A DNA stretch of 63,496 bases, filler included, from Octopus bimaculoides (Eukaryota): the NCBI RefSeq assembly GCF_001194135.2. It is 5 parts of 5 records of this genome, joined end to end, with 100 filler letters (N's around TTAATTAATTAA, not from the genome) between each part and the next. Parts side by side here need not be neighbours in the genome. Positions count along the whole stretch, not along the records: positions 1 to 22,158 come from NC_068988.1; positions 22,259 to 50,264 come from NC_068994.1; 3 more parts are not named here. One strand, written 5' to 3'. The position numbers were made by a program, and so were the translations under genes. Every line of letters begins with the position of its first letter. Positions within the stretch are counted from its first letter, which is position 1. Below the pieces are notes generated by a model. It made no database searches. It was not told the DNA's origin and saw nothing but the letters and a program-made list of their open reading frames with translations. Positions 13,524 through 26,462 of this stretch are shown one piece after another.

Positions 13524-14711
13524 GAACACGACACCGCTACAACCAGTACCACACCTAACTCTGCTATCATTCGCAACCCACTAGTTTCTACATCATCACC
13601 TTGATTATAAGCACGACCAGCACCAACACCTATACGCTTGGTGGAACTATAAATAACATAATCACTCCAACAATGGATGGCGGAAAAGAAAATAGAAAAT
13701 AAATAAATAGGTAAAAAAAAAAAAAGAAACGTAACAAAAATAAGTGGAAAAAAAAATGCTGCTATCATCATCAGCATCATTCACGCCGACATCTCTACCG
13801 CTAATATCGCTACTTTGTCCACCATCATCAACAGGTTATTATTATATATGTTACATGTTTCACTGGTGTTGTACCAAAAATAGACCAACACAGCCAAAAT
13901 AGTAAGAACAACGAGGAAACACAAGAAATGCAGCAAAATAATCGGACGCCAAATGTTGAAAATGGAAGAAAATAACTGGTTTATCAATTGTAGTCACGTG
14001 ATTGGTAAGTTTTAAACAAAAGTTGATGACGTCAGAAATAGNNNNNNNNNNNNNNNNNNNNNNNNNNNNNNNNNNNNNNNNNNNNNNNNNNNNNNNNNNN
14101 NNNNNNNNNNNNNNNNNNNNNNNNNNNNNNNNNNNNNNNNNNNNNNNNNNNNNNNNNNNNNNNNNNNNNNNNNNNNNNNNNNNNNNNNNNNNNNNNNNNN
14201 NNNNNNNNNNNNNNNNNNNNNNNNNNNNNNNNNNNNNNNNNNNNNNNNNNNNNNNNNNNNNNNNNNNNNNNNNNNNNNNNNNNNNNNNNNNNNNNNNNNN
14301 NNNNNNNNNNNNNNNNNNNNNNNNNNNNNNNNNNNNNNNNNNNNNNNNNNNNNNNNNNNNNNNNNNNNNNNNNNNNNNNNNNNNNNNNNNNNNNNNNNNN
14401 NNNNNNNNNNNNNNNNNNNNNNNNNNNNNNNNNNNNNNNNNNNNNNNNNNNNNNNNNNNNNNNNNNNNNNNNNNNNNNNNNNNNNNNNNNNNNNNNNNNN
14501 NNNNNNNNNNNNNNNNNNNNNNNNNNNNNNNNNNNNNNNNNNNNNNNNNNNNNNNNNNNNNNNNNNNNNNNNNNNNNNNNNNNNNNNNNNNNNNNNNNNN
14601 NNNNNNNNNNNNNNNNNNNNNNNNNNNNNNNNNNNNNNNNNNNNNNNNNNNNNNNNNNNNNNNNNNNNNNNNNNNNNNNNNNNNNNNNNNNNNNNNNNNN
14701 NNNNNNNNNNN

Positions 14712-14906
14712 NGAGAGAGAGAGAGAGAGAGAAACAGGGTGAGAGAGAGAGAGAAAGGGCGAGAGAGAGAGAAACAGGGTGAGAGAGAGAGAAACAAGGT
14801 GAGAGAGAGAGAAACAGGGTGAGAGAGAGAGAAACAAGGTGAGAGAGAGAGAAAAACAGGTAAGGAGAAAGAGAGAGGGAGAGAGAGAGAGAGAAAAACA
14901 GGTAAG

Positions 14907-14982
<76 letters not shown>

Positions 14983-15092
14983 GGGTGAGAGAGAGAGAAA
15001 CAGGGTGAGAGAGAGAGAAACAAGGTGAGAGAGAGAGAGACAAACAGGGTGAGAGAGAGAGAGAAACAGGGTGAGAGAGAGAGAAACAAGGT

Positions 15093-15122
<30 letters not shown>
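14712..15122. repeat. GA-rich minisatellite, ~20-22-bp unit (GA)n-AACA(G/A)GGT
   Basis: gagagagagaaacagggt/aacaaggt repeated more than 10 times next to a gap. Confidence 0.9.
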
Positions 15123-15123
<1 letters not shown>

Positions 15124-15595
15124 GTCTTTTAGGAACAGCATACAGTATGTAGTGCAGATGTAGTCAATCATTTTCCTGAAGCGGGCCGCACGAGACATGG
15201 CTCATCGTCATGTAGCCTACATGTACTTTTATTAAAATAATACAGTGTCTAAGCTTGAAGCGGCAAAGAAACATCTAGGGTATTTTTGCATGATTTCTGA
15301 GACTGATGGTGGGAAGTGATTTGTTTTAGTCAAGAGTGAAGGTAGTTTCCATGACGTAATACAGGACCTTCCAGTCACGGAGGCCCTGTAAAAGGTTCAT
15401 GTATTCCTTATGAAATCATTTCATCGATTGGATCTTCTGGATTTTAGCTGCATGGACACTCTACACTACATTTCTCTATATTGGAATACTATGTGGTCTG
15501 ATAGCCGAGTCCGTTAGAGGAACTTTCTGTGATTGCTACACGGTTCTCTGAATCCATATTTTATACTAGAAATTTATATATATATATTTGAATAT

Positions 15596-15643
15596 CAACC
15601 CTGACGGGATTTGAATCCACAATCTTCGGCTCCGAAGGTCGAT
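15596..15643 (-). pseudogene. tRNA-Arg(TCG)-like 3' half (SINE head or tRNA pseudogene fragment)
   Basis: Minus strand atcgaccttcggagccgaagattgtggattcaaatcccgtcagggttg resembles the anticodon, variable and T arms of tRNA-Arg(TCG). No D arm or 5' acceptor strand. Confidence 0.45.
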
Positions 15644-16089
15644 ATATATAGTTTTCATTTATTGTATTAAGGAAGGGCATGAATACTCGAGATGAATTGA
15701 CCTTCACTGAGATACAGAAGGGTACAGTTAAACATAATATGAAGAGATCATACATTTTTAGATGGACCACAGCAGCTAAGAACAGAACATGGTGGAAGAA
15801 AGTGAATCACTTATTTCCCCACTGTACCTTATGGGTAGGTCCTGACGCATGTCCAGCTCTATGTATTTCTCTTTCTCTTCCTCCCACTCTGTCTATCTCG
15901 TTATCCTTCTCTCTAACTCTCTCTCCACCATCTCCATTATTTTGCCACTGACGTAGTCAGTAAGACATCTGCCTCAGTAAGACACCTATCTCTATCCCTC
16001 GATTATACGTTAACCTCTCAACTGACACAAAACCACTTCCCTCAGTACCACTTCCTCTCCCAGCCCAGCCGAGAGATCTTTGTCTTGCA

Positions 16090-16250
16090 AATTACTTGGT
16101 AACCCTGCTGGTGCTGGTGCCATGAAAAAAGCACCAGTGCTGGAGCCACATAAAAAAGGCACCTGATTCTCTCTGTAAAGTGATTGGGGTTGGGGAGGGC
16201 ATCCAGTCGTAGAAACTTTGCCAAGGCAGACAATGGAGTCTGGTCGATAA
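16090..16250 (+). mobile_element. RTE-tail-bearing repeat fragment
   Basis: gctggtgccatgaaaaaagcacc...gagggcatccagtcgtagaaactttgcca matches the RTE 3' UTR seen at 31940-32010. Confidence 0.7.
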
Positions 16251-16649
16251 AAGAAGGTATACTCAAACCGGAAATAACCGAGGCCTATCGGTTGATATAG
16301 TAGGAGTAGCCATATTGCCTTATTCTCAGATTAGAGACTTGGTCCTCGCTTTGCCAAAGGCACATCTAAGGGTCAGGTAATGGAGGAAAAGCCAGAGCAC
16401 CGATTCATGTCCTATTCTGAAAAGTGGTACAGTTAATCTGGCAGATTTTCACCAAGCCGATTTTACCCATAAGGCTTGGGTTGACCGAAAGCAGAAGCTG
16501 AAGTAGGAGGCACACAAAATGCCGTGCAATAGGAACAAACTCGAAGCCACGTGATTGTTCCAAAGCAAAAGCAACTGCTTGGAAGATAGGCGGGTTTCTA
16601 TCTGAATTGAAATACATACATATTCTTTATTATTTTTACATGATTTAAA

Positions 16650-16850
16650 GGGGACGAGCTGGAAGAACCGTTACAGCGCCGGACAAAATGCTTAACAGCG
16701 TTTTCCCGGCATTTTATATTCTGAGTTGAAATTCCGCCTAAGTCAACTCTTTCTTTCAGGGTCGATAAAATAAAGTACCAGCCAAATAGTGGAGTCGATG
16801 TAAATGACTTGTCCCTACCTTCAAAATTGTTGATCTTGTATCAAAAATTT
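16650..16850 (+). mobile_element. SINE family B
   Basis: gacgagctggaagaaccgttac...ttctgagttgaaattccgcc...gggtcgataaaataaagtaccag. Confidence 0.75.
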
Positions 16851-17535
16851 GAAACACTGTTTTATTAGATTTAGTCACAAGGCCCTGACCATGCTGGAGC
16901 ACGTGTTCAAGAGTTTAGTCTATCATGTCATCTCCTCCACAGTACTAATTTTATTCTCATACTAACTTTATCGTTTTCTCTTTGCCAACTGCTAAGTTAC
17001 AGCATCCATCTTTCCTTTTCTGGAGTATCGGTGTAGATATATTGAGTCACTATTCACACACATCAACAAGAGGAACAACATTTTTTCTTTTCTAACTACT
17101 TAATAAATAGCTTACTTCCTTAATGGTATCACAATTATGAGAACAATTATGACATAAAATCACTTCTCTTGCGTCCTTAATGGTATCACAATTATGAGAA
17201 CAATTATGACATAAAACCACTCCTAACATACTTAAACTGTCGCCCGGTTTAACACCACCATTAGGTTGGTGCTTAGGTGTCTTTAATGAAGCCCACTCTG
17301 TTGTAAGCATTCAGGGCAAGGTTTCTGTTTGGGGATAATTTTATTCTCCCCTCCTTGCCCTCCCAGTCTCGGAGCCGTTGTAAAAGGTCATAAGCGCTAC
17401 CTTCTTTCCAAACTAAAAGGCAAGCAACAACCATTACCACAGCAACACTGTCTTTTTCTCGTGCATGTCGCAATGTATCGTTTATACAGTACATTTAGCT
17501 TTCCGACGGCAGCCACGATTTCTCTCGTTTAAAAT

Positions 17536-18105
17536 AAGGGTTCTCAACGATTTTTTTTTTTTGCTATGGACGCCTTTGATTACCATTTTATTCTAGTGGA
17601 CACCCATCGCCATTCGATGTTTATAAACTAGTTTTATAGCTACTTTTTTTCAAAATTCCTGTTTTGTTTTTCACACATTAACTCGTGTCGGTTGAACTAA
17701 GTAAAATGTTAGAGAAGGGAATCTAGCTGTTTCTTATTTCTTTATTGCCTACAAGGGGCTAAACATAGAGGGGACAAACAAGGACAGACAAAGGGATTAA
17801 GTCGATTAGATCGACCCCAGTGCGTAACTGGTACTTAATTTATCGACCCCTAAAGGATGAAAGGCAAAGTCAACCTCGGCGGAATTTGAACTCAGAACGT
17901 AAAGACAGACGAAATACTGCTAAGCATTTCGCCCGGCATGCTAACGATTCTGCCAACTCTAGCTGTTTCTTGCAATACATACCAATACATACATCTAAGG
18001 CAAAACTATTTCAAGGGCCCTTAAAATACTGTTATGGACCCTCAATTTACTATTCTGTTACGTGAACTCCAAAAATCTCATGTGGACCCCGGATGAGAAC
18101 CACTG
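17536..18105. mobile_element. hAT (Charlie-like) MITE interrupted by a SINE
   Basis: Ends aagggttctcaac ... gatgagaaccactg resemble the CAGTGGTTCTCAAC TIR type. The 17972-18105 part is homologous (reverse complement) to 57920-58085. Confidence 0.6.
17736..17958 (-). mobile_element. SINE family B, full length, with 13-bp TSD
   Basis: Flanked by the exact direct repeat ctagctgtttctt at 17723-17735 and 17959-17971. Confidence 0.9.
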
Positions 18106-18821
18106 GATAATAACTAGAATAACCACTAGATAACCACTAGAATAATAACTTGTCTTCCTCTCCTCTCTGTCTTTCTCCTCTCATCCAGACTTATATGAAA
18201 TGAATGGGTGGGAAGGTGGGGTTCCGTCAGCATATCATTTCTTGGGTTCAGTGCGCAAAGAGGTCCCCGTGAATAATTGATGTAGTTCTCTCTCCCGCCA
18301 AAAAAATCGAAAAAAAAAAGAAAAGAAAAAAGAAGCCTTCTTAGAACTCTTACATTTTGAGAGGAATTCACACTCCGGTCGTCAGCAGGTGAAAAGAATC
18401 TTCTTTCACCTTGTTAAGTTTCTGTCGGACGCCTTCATTACATCCTTCCATATTTCAGGTTTATGAACATACACACGCACGCGCTCACTTACACCCTCTC
18501 CTACCTATCTACCTACACACACACGCGTACATACATAGACACGCAAACACACAGACACATACATATATAGATCCACACAGATATGTACATGCACGCATAT
18601 ACATGCACGTGATGCACATTTACATACACATACATACACCCGCATATGCACAGGCAAACACATACACAGACACACAATCTTACACACATTCACAAATGTA
18701 GCTGCAAATACACACTCACTGTCACCCACCGACCCCCCACACGGTCCACTACACCGTTGTGCAGCAGCAGTATTTCAAGCAAACTGACTCCGGGAGAAGT
18801 ACAATGGAAGCGGTCGGTGTT

Positions 18822-18834
18822 GTTTCCTAGCAAC
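18822..18834. promoter_or_regulatory. RFX X-box-like motif GTTTCCTAGCAAC
   Basis: Matches the GTNNCC-N(1-2)-RGYAAC-type RFX site, in a non-repeat-looking, CpG-containing context. Confidence 0.3.
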
Positions 18835-19099
18835 AACAATAATGGATCTCGGTCAGAACATCTGACCTTGAGATTTTAGTTGTTCGATCAACTGAATTAA
18901 AGCTTAAGTGGTTGAGTACTCCACAGGTACGTGTAGCTTTAATGTAATTAATTTACACACAGAATTAGGATATCGCATTGTGTATGACAAAGAGTGAATC
19001 TTTCGAATTGCAGTTATAATCCGTCGGATGGATTATGTGTACAAACACTTATTTATATCATTTATATTATCCAGTCGTCGTGTTTAATGGGAAGCCAAT

Positions 19100-19410
19100 T
19101 ATGTCGGCAAAGCCAGAAGAAAAGCGTTTGATCAGTGGCAAGAGGTTATTTATGAAGGTTAAAAATATTGACGATCATGGGGTGCTTTGGTTCATCTCTG
19201 GTGGGGAAAAGCATCGACCAAAACTAAAATTCTAACATGAGAAATGAGAAATGGTTATGTGCACACTCTTCTGGCGTCTCCAGACTGATGCACATCGAGT
19301 CTCTAGCAACTGTGGTGGGTTTAGGAGTGGTAACAAAGGTCATCTCTTACCACCTCATATCTTTCCACGGGGTCTTAACGTTAGTACTTATGGATGCGTT
19401 GAGAGTGCGG
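19100..19410 (+). mobile_element. Decayed Tc1/mariner transposase fragment (maT/DD37D-like)
   Basis: Frameshifted pieces GVLWFISG, NMRNEKWLCAHSSGVSRLMH..ATVVGLGVV and GHLLPPHIFPRGLNV resemble the maT-type LWFFSDEK...RNDRWL...ATVMVLGVV...PPHFFPxGLRVN motifs. Confidence 0.7.
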
Positions 19411-20384
19411 CTTTTAGAAAGGTGCGCCTAATATGTGTACTTTTTTATAAGTTTCAGGAGGAAAATAATTTGTTTATTGAGATCGACTGATTCCGCTGAT
19501 TTTTTCAGAGGACAGGTCAATTGGTGAACTACGTGAAAGACTACGGCTACAGTACATCGGTGAAAGGAAGAAAACAAAGCATTTGTTTGGTTTTACTTTC
19601 ATGTTTTAATAATGCTATTTTTAATCTAATAAAGACTTTTTATATTGACGGAATGTGTTTGCTGTTGATTATAGTAAGATAAAATCATAACAATAGCGAT
19701 ACATCTCATAGTTGTAAAATAAGGCATTTTGAAACTACATACATGTCAACAACAAAAAGCTAGTTGCGGACCCGTAGCTCAATAGGTCTTGTAAACACCG
19801 GTGCGCTTTATGTGTGGATAAAAAACAAACTTTTCCCCCAAATTTGGCCCTGCGGTTTAAATACCGATGTCGGGCGAACGAATAAATATATGTAAATAAT
19901 AATTCTTCCTTCTTGGTGTTGATTCTTCAATGTTCACTGGTTACTTCGACGCGAGAACCAAAAATAAAAAAACATTTTTTTTAAAGCGTGTAATATGCAA
20001 CACAGGCAGTAAACAAAAAATAAAGTAGAGCAGAGTGGTGACATTTAGTAGAGATGACCCGGAAGTAGCTTTCTTCAACTGAATACACGCTGTTGATTGG
20101 TTAAAATCACCCAAATACGACAGCTTTAACGCGAAATAACTGCTAAAATACAAAATTTAGTCAAAAATGTTCAAAGTAAACCGTGTTCTGCGTGAGAAAT
20201 TACACTAGTATATGAAGTTTCAAACTGTTTAGTAAAAGAAAAAAATTAATAAAAAAATCTGTGAGCCAAACTGAACAGATCCAAGAGTTTTACTAAGATA
20301 CATTTGGGTTTTTGCTAGATTAGAGTTATTTTATTGAATTACCAAATGTGTTCTCAAATACTTAACACCCCCTGTATGCATTTG

Positions 20385-20499
20385 TCTGTTTCGCAACCAC
20401 GGGATTTCGGATTCAGTCCTACTGCATGGCACCTTGGGCAAGCTTCAGACCGATCAAATCTTAGAGAATATGGTAAACGGAAACTGTGGAAGGCCGTTG

Positions 20500-20576
<77 letters not shown>

Positions 20577-20795
20577 ATCTATCTGTTTGTCTGTCTGTCT
20601 ATCTGTCTGTGTCTTCATGCTTGACAACCAGTGTTGGTTTGCTTATAAAGCCGTAACTTAACGGTTGGGCAAAAAGACATCGATAGAATGAATAGCAAAC
20701 TAAAAATTAAAAAAAAAAAAAAAAAAATTGTTCGTATAATCCATTCCAGGTGATGCCCCAGCATGGCCACAATCCAATGTCTGAAACAAAAGAAT
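20385..20795 (+). mobile_element. SINE family A variant with internal (TCTA)n expansion
   Basis: ggattcagtcctactgcatggcaccttgggcaag head, (TCTA)n at 20502-20580, tail ggtgatgccccagcatggccac. Confidence 0.75.
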
Positions 20796-20802
20796 TAGAG
20801 AA

Positions 20803-20840
<38 letters not shown>

Positions 20841-21312
20841 AGAAAGATTGGGACGTCAGTTAATCAATTTGACGTTGAACCGTTCATGTTGTTTAGTGGC
20901 ACGTCTGGTTAGTGTCGGTGGAAGGTGTAACGTAATACAATATGCTGTTACGTTAAAGCTACACGGGTTGAAGTCGACGAAGAAAGATCATTCTCTTCAC
21001 CTCCCTTTCTCTCTTGCTTACTGTCTGTGTGTGTTTGTGCTTGTGTGTGTGTGTGTGTGTGTGTATGTGCGTGTGTTTGTGTGTGTGTTAAATGTTTCAT
21101 TCCAAACGTTAAGATGCTTATATCTTATAAAAGTTAATATGATCGCTTATAGATGACATGATATGGACTACCGTGATATGGTTGCGGTGGAGGCGGTTTA
21201 GGTAGTGTGTATGTATATGTCTGTATATGTCTGTATATGTGTGTGAGCGACCGTTTTTCCATACAACAATTATGATGATATGGATGATGATGACGATGTT
21301 GATGATGATAAC

Positions 21313-21374
<62 letters not shown>

Positions 21375-21568
21375 CCTGGATGTAACTGTTGCTGCTGTTG
21401 CTGCCGAAGCTAAATTAAATCTGGATATAAAACATTAATTAACATTCTTCAGGGAAACAGAAGAATTGCAAAGAATAATTGTGTTTGTGTGTCAGCGTGT
21501 GAGACAGGTTTGCATGTTAGACTGCTGACATACATACATACATACATTCATACATACATACACGCATA

Positions 21569-21620
<52 letters not shown>

Positions 21621-21774
21621 TATGTTCATGCATATGCTGAATGCAACAGGGATGGGATCGAATCTCACTGACAGCATATCAACATGACAGCTGTTCACAA
21701 TTGGTAAGGGATGTAATCAATCAGCGGAGTTCTAGGTATCACATCTGATTGGAAACTGCCGCTCACCCTAGCCA

Positions 21775-21809
<35 letters not shown>

Positions 21810-21870
21810 CATATATATATATATATATATATATACAGAGAGAGAGAGAGAGAGAGAGAAAATGAGACAC

Positions 21871-21914
<44 letters not shown>

Positions 21915-22083
21915 GCATATGTATATATGTATACACATACACACACATCTGTTCATACGCATACATCAATGGCTTATACACACGTGCGAATAGGAGTGGG
22001 AGTGAGATATAGTGAAATCTTGTGACTGCACACACGTGTGCATGCGTGTATGCATATATGTGTGTGTACGATATATACATCTA

Positions 22084-22158
<75 letters not shown>

Positions 22159-22258
22159 NNNNNNNNNNNNNNNNNNNNNNNNNNNNNNNNNNNNNNNNNN
22201 NNTTAATTAATTAANNNNNNNNNNNNNNNNNNNNNNNNNNNNNNNNNNNNNNNNNNNN
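22159..22258. other. Artificial scaffold/contig linker
   Basis: 44 N + TTAATTAATTAA (stop codons in all six frames) + 44 N. Confidence 0.95.
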
Positions 22259-22340
22259 TGTCTTTACACTTTTGCACCATACTGCAGCCAGATTTTGCAA
22301 TGACTATATTGAATTCACGAGAAATTTTTCTTTCTTATAG

Positions 22341-22747
22341 TAGGCGTAGGAGTGGCTGTGTGGTAAGTAGCTTGCTTACGAACCAAATGGTTCCGGGTTC
22401 AGTCCCACTGCGTGGCACCTTGGGCAAGTGTCTTCTACTATAGTCTCGGGTCGACCAAAGCCTTGCGAGTGGATTTGGTAGACGGAAACTGAAAGAAGCC
22501 CGTCGTATATATGTATATATATATATGTATGTGTGCGTATAAGTTTGTGTGTCACTGTTTGTCCCCCCCAACATCGCTTGACAACTGATGCTGGTGTGTT
22601 TACGTCCCCGTAACTTAGCGGTTCAGCAAAAGAAACCGATAGAATAAGTACTAGGCTTACAAAGAATAAGTCCTGGGGTCGATTTGCTCGACTAAAGGCG
22701 GTGCTCCAGCATGGCCTCAGTCAAATGACTGAAACAAGTAAAAGAGT
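22341..22747 (+). mobile_element. SINE family A, full length, young-looking
   Basis: taggcgtaggagtggctgtgtggtaag head, B box ggttccgggttcagtccc, ccttgggcaag, internal TA/TG repeat, tail acaagtaaaagag; CpGs retained. Confidence 0.9.
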
Positions 22748-23096
22748 ATAAAAATCTTGAGGAAAATTATCAAAATTTTCACTTTCATATTTCATAACGA
22801 TTACCAGACCTACCCCCATTGATTTTTATACATAAAAAAAAAAGTTCTCTTCATGACTATCATTTTCAACACAAATTTAGTCATAGTGCTCTAGTGCATT
22901 GGACAAGAACAGGGGCTACCGTTCAGCAGTCAAAAACAGGACAAACATTGTGAACGAGTGGGAATATGATGGTGATTGAGGGGACTTGGCATGGTATGTG
23001 TCGGATTTTGATAAAAGTATGAGAAGAAAGGTTACATCCAGAACTTTTAAATGATACATAACTGTCCATGGAAAAAATATATTCTGACATAAATTG

Positions 23097-23940
23097 CTAG
23101 CTGACGTACCTGGTAATTCCCGGGAAAGTGGGGCATATCTCTTGGTACCGTTCTCATAATTGTTTCGCTAATCCAATAACAATACAAATACAGCCCTTAA
23201 AATGGTTTTTGTGCATTTACAGAGAATACTGAACTGTCTTACACAGGATCTTGTTTTTAGGAATTCCCAATAAGTTATGAATGCCCAAATTGTGAAGTCA
23301 GTTATGTAATAACATGAAATTATTTACCCGATAGTAAGAGTTCAAATAAAGTAGCCCCAAAAAGGGCTTTAATGTATTCCCAGAGTATACAGAACATAAG
23401 AGGAAATACTAATAAGGTATGTATACTAAAATTGTGAAGCATGTTACTTAATAACAGGCTAATCAGATATGAGATAATAATTCAAAGTAAATAACTCTGA
23501 AAAGGGCTTTTGTGCATTCCCAGAGAATATTACCTTCAGGGGTGCCAGCAATGGTATATTTGTGAATAAATCACTAACCAAAATAAGTGGATCTACTGTT
23601 TAGGAAAATACTATTTACTTGTTTAAGGGTTGTACTGGGTAAATTGCAAAAATAATTCTAACAGTTCGAATACTAAGAAATAAGCATATTCAATTTCATT
23701 TTTACCAAATAATTTAGGAAAATAAATGGGTTATTTCCCTTGGCTATATATAAGGATCCCTTCCAGGGGCCCTTTTATCGATTTTTTTTTTTCAACAATT
23801 TGAGTATTCCATGAGATTTCCAGACAAGAGTTCTACTAACATGTCAAGTTTCATCAAAATCAACAAAACAATGTAGCAGGAGTTAGCTAACAACTCCACA
23901 AACACACCCACAGACAGAATTTTCCACATATGTAGTAGAT
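23097..23940 (+). mobile_element. Helentron/DINE-1-like non-autonomous element (HINE-like)
   Basis: Starts ctagctgacgtacctggtaattcccggga; three ~150-bp internal core repeats (aagggctttt...cccagag); aagtttcatcaaaatc motif; acagacag; ends tatgtagtagat. Confidence 0.6.
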
Positions 23941-24680
23941 CAAGCAAAAAGTGAGTTTTGCATAGTCAAACTGTACTTGCCTCCCTTCTACAGAGCTCTA
24001 CAGCAATACTTAATTCAAACATAACACCACGAACCAATATCTACTGAATAAGCATGATTTCTAATTTGTCATTATTGGTTCATTGTAAAGTAATGGCTTT
24101 CATTCTCCTTAAAATTCCATGTCTATAACACTAAAACAATCCATGTATCTACTAGAGTCTCTCCACCTCTCAATTTGCATCATTTACTCACTACTTGTAT
24201 CTGCTACACTGTCTTTACCACTAGTGAAGGAGCTCTTATGTAGCTGTGTGACATTCTTAAAATTTCCTCAACAAATTCTAACCATCATAAGTGAAAACCA
24301 CATGAATGGAACCCTTTAAGAACCCATATTGATGTGGTAGAAATAACAGCCAATTTCACTTACATCACACCTAACTGTCTTAAAAAATAGGAAGGACACA
24401 TTTAGCAAAGTGGTCCAAAATATGTTATTTCTGAAAACAAAAAAACAAAACAGTTGCAGCCGAACAAGTTTGATTGGAACTGATCTAGGTTAAACAACAA
24501 AATCCAAATTGACAGACTGAATATTGCATCAACATGGCTTATCTGGTGTGCTGTACCTGCAGGTTTGCTCCTATGTATTTTGACAAACTATTTTATGTTA
24601 CAAGTTTGCTCAGTGCCAACCAAGAGTACTTCAGAAAATAAAGGGAGCTTGGGTAATGTCTTTCTTTTCTTTTTTCCTAC

Positions 24681-24790
24681 TTGTCTCAGTTTGTCTAGTT
24701 TAACAACAGGTTCTATTTCTACATAGTAGTTGCTTGTAGGAGGCAGAGTTAAATGCTCAGGTACTGTCAAAAGTAATGGTTTCTGCTGTG
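24681..24790 (-). CDS. Candidate coding exon of an unidentified gene
   Basis: Open frame ...QKPLLLTVPEHLTLPPTSNYYVEIEPVVKLDKLRQ ending at CAA|GTAGGA. No recognisable homology; acceptor ambiguous. Confidence 0.2.
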
Positions 24791-25487
24791 ATAATTTTAG
24801 GTCTATAGGTGAACCCAGTGGGTTTTACCTCATCTGGCCATACCAAATGGCACACTCAATGTTATAATGGCACTGGTTCTTACTGCAGTGAAGTAAACCA
24901 ACCTGCAGTGTCTATTTACACTGTCATTTTAACTGTGAAATATGAAACATTTCATATGCTTTCTTCAAATTATAATTCATGTTAAGTCTAAATTATAGAA
25001 AGCAAATATAAGAATCTACAATCAAATCCAAATTGTCTTCCAAATATTTACAAAGAATAATTAATATCCAAATTAAAAAGGTACTGTGGTTGTGATTTTA
25101 AAATTCTGGACTACTGAACATACGGTCATCAGTTTAAAACCAATAGTCAATAAAGACAGCTTGCTCACCCCATGTTGCCTAATTGAAAATCAAATACCAT
25201 TGTCTTTTTTAGTTGAATGATTAGCATCAGAAAGAAGGATAAATGCATGCATCAATAAAAAGACTAAGTTAGGCTTTCCTGATAACAATTCCCCAATAAT
25301 ATCAAAATGATACCAATTTTTTTCAGCTACATAATGACTGAAGAGGAGCAAAAAATGTCTTTTCTGAGCTTTGAACTCATACTCTGAGTGAGTAGTCTAA
25401 AACACCTCTCCAAGGGAGTTTCTACAGTCATTTAACTTGCTAGAAACACCAGACAAATCTCCCACATATCAAAACCTATTGTTATAA

Positions 25488-25535
<48 letters not shown>

Positions 25536-26462
25536 AAAGGACACATCATTGAAATCCTGCATTTTAAGGTCTAAAACAAAATTTTCAAAACAAATAGATG
25601 GTTCGATACATTTTAGTTTTTATGCATGCAGTAATATTCAATAAAATCTTTGTCACAATTTATGAAATTGGTTAGATTTAGTTACTTGTGGGTAGGGGTT
25701 TGGTCAGGTTAGGGATTAGTGTTAAGAGTTTATAGCTGTTAAGATAAAATTTGGAGTTAGCTTTAAGATGGGATGGGTGAAGATGGAAAGATGTAGTTGC
25801 GTTGGAATTTCTCTGCATGTGCACAAGAGCCATATTTTTAGTACAAAAATCAAAATGAATCAGACTTCTTGTTTTAAAATTTTTCTGGGACCCAAATTTG
25901 CATATCATCATCACAGCTTTGGAAATATTATTTCTGGAAGATGCTGGGCACATTTGCTTATCAACAATCAGTCTCTATTCAAAATCACTACAGCTAAGTT
26001 ATGAAATTGAGGCAATGGGTATTTCCATATTATTTAAATCTTATTATAGAAATAGTTCATTATAAGCCATAATACATAAAGCATAGTTTCATCATGAAAA
26101 AAGTTCTAAAATAATGTTTAATTTTGGACTTGGATGGTCTATGTAATTTTGTTTATTTTAACAAGAACAATTGTGTAATGAATACAAAACTATTGAGAAA
26201 GGTCAGATAAATGTACAGATTCAGTTGTCTGTACATTTTAGAAACAAAAAACTGTTTCACTGTAGTTGTAAACAGTGCCAAATTGTTTAAATCGAAATGT
26301 ATGGTTAATATTCAGTTATATCAATTCAGTATATTAATGCTGTTACCATCCAGATGAGATTGAAATCAATATTAAAATGCAATTTTATTGGTAGATTCAA
26401 AATACAAAATTTGATTTCAGCTGATTATTCAGATGTAAATTAGGTAATAAAATCATCTAGTA

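Noticed and set aside
15596-15643. Functional tRNA-Arg gene
   Set aside because: Only the 3' half is recognisable; the D arm and 5' acceptor strand are missing. All other tRNA-like sequences are SINE heads.
17116-17217. Repeated LCHNCSHNCDTIK peptide suggesting a zinc-binding repeat protein
   Set aside because: This is a simple ~58-bp local tandem duplication in a short ORF with no further support.
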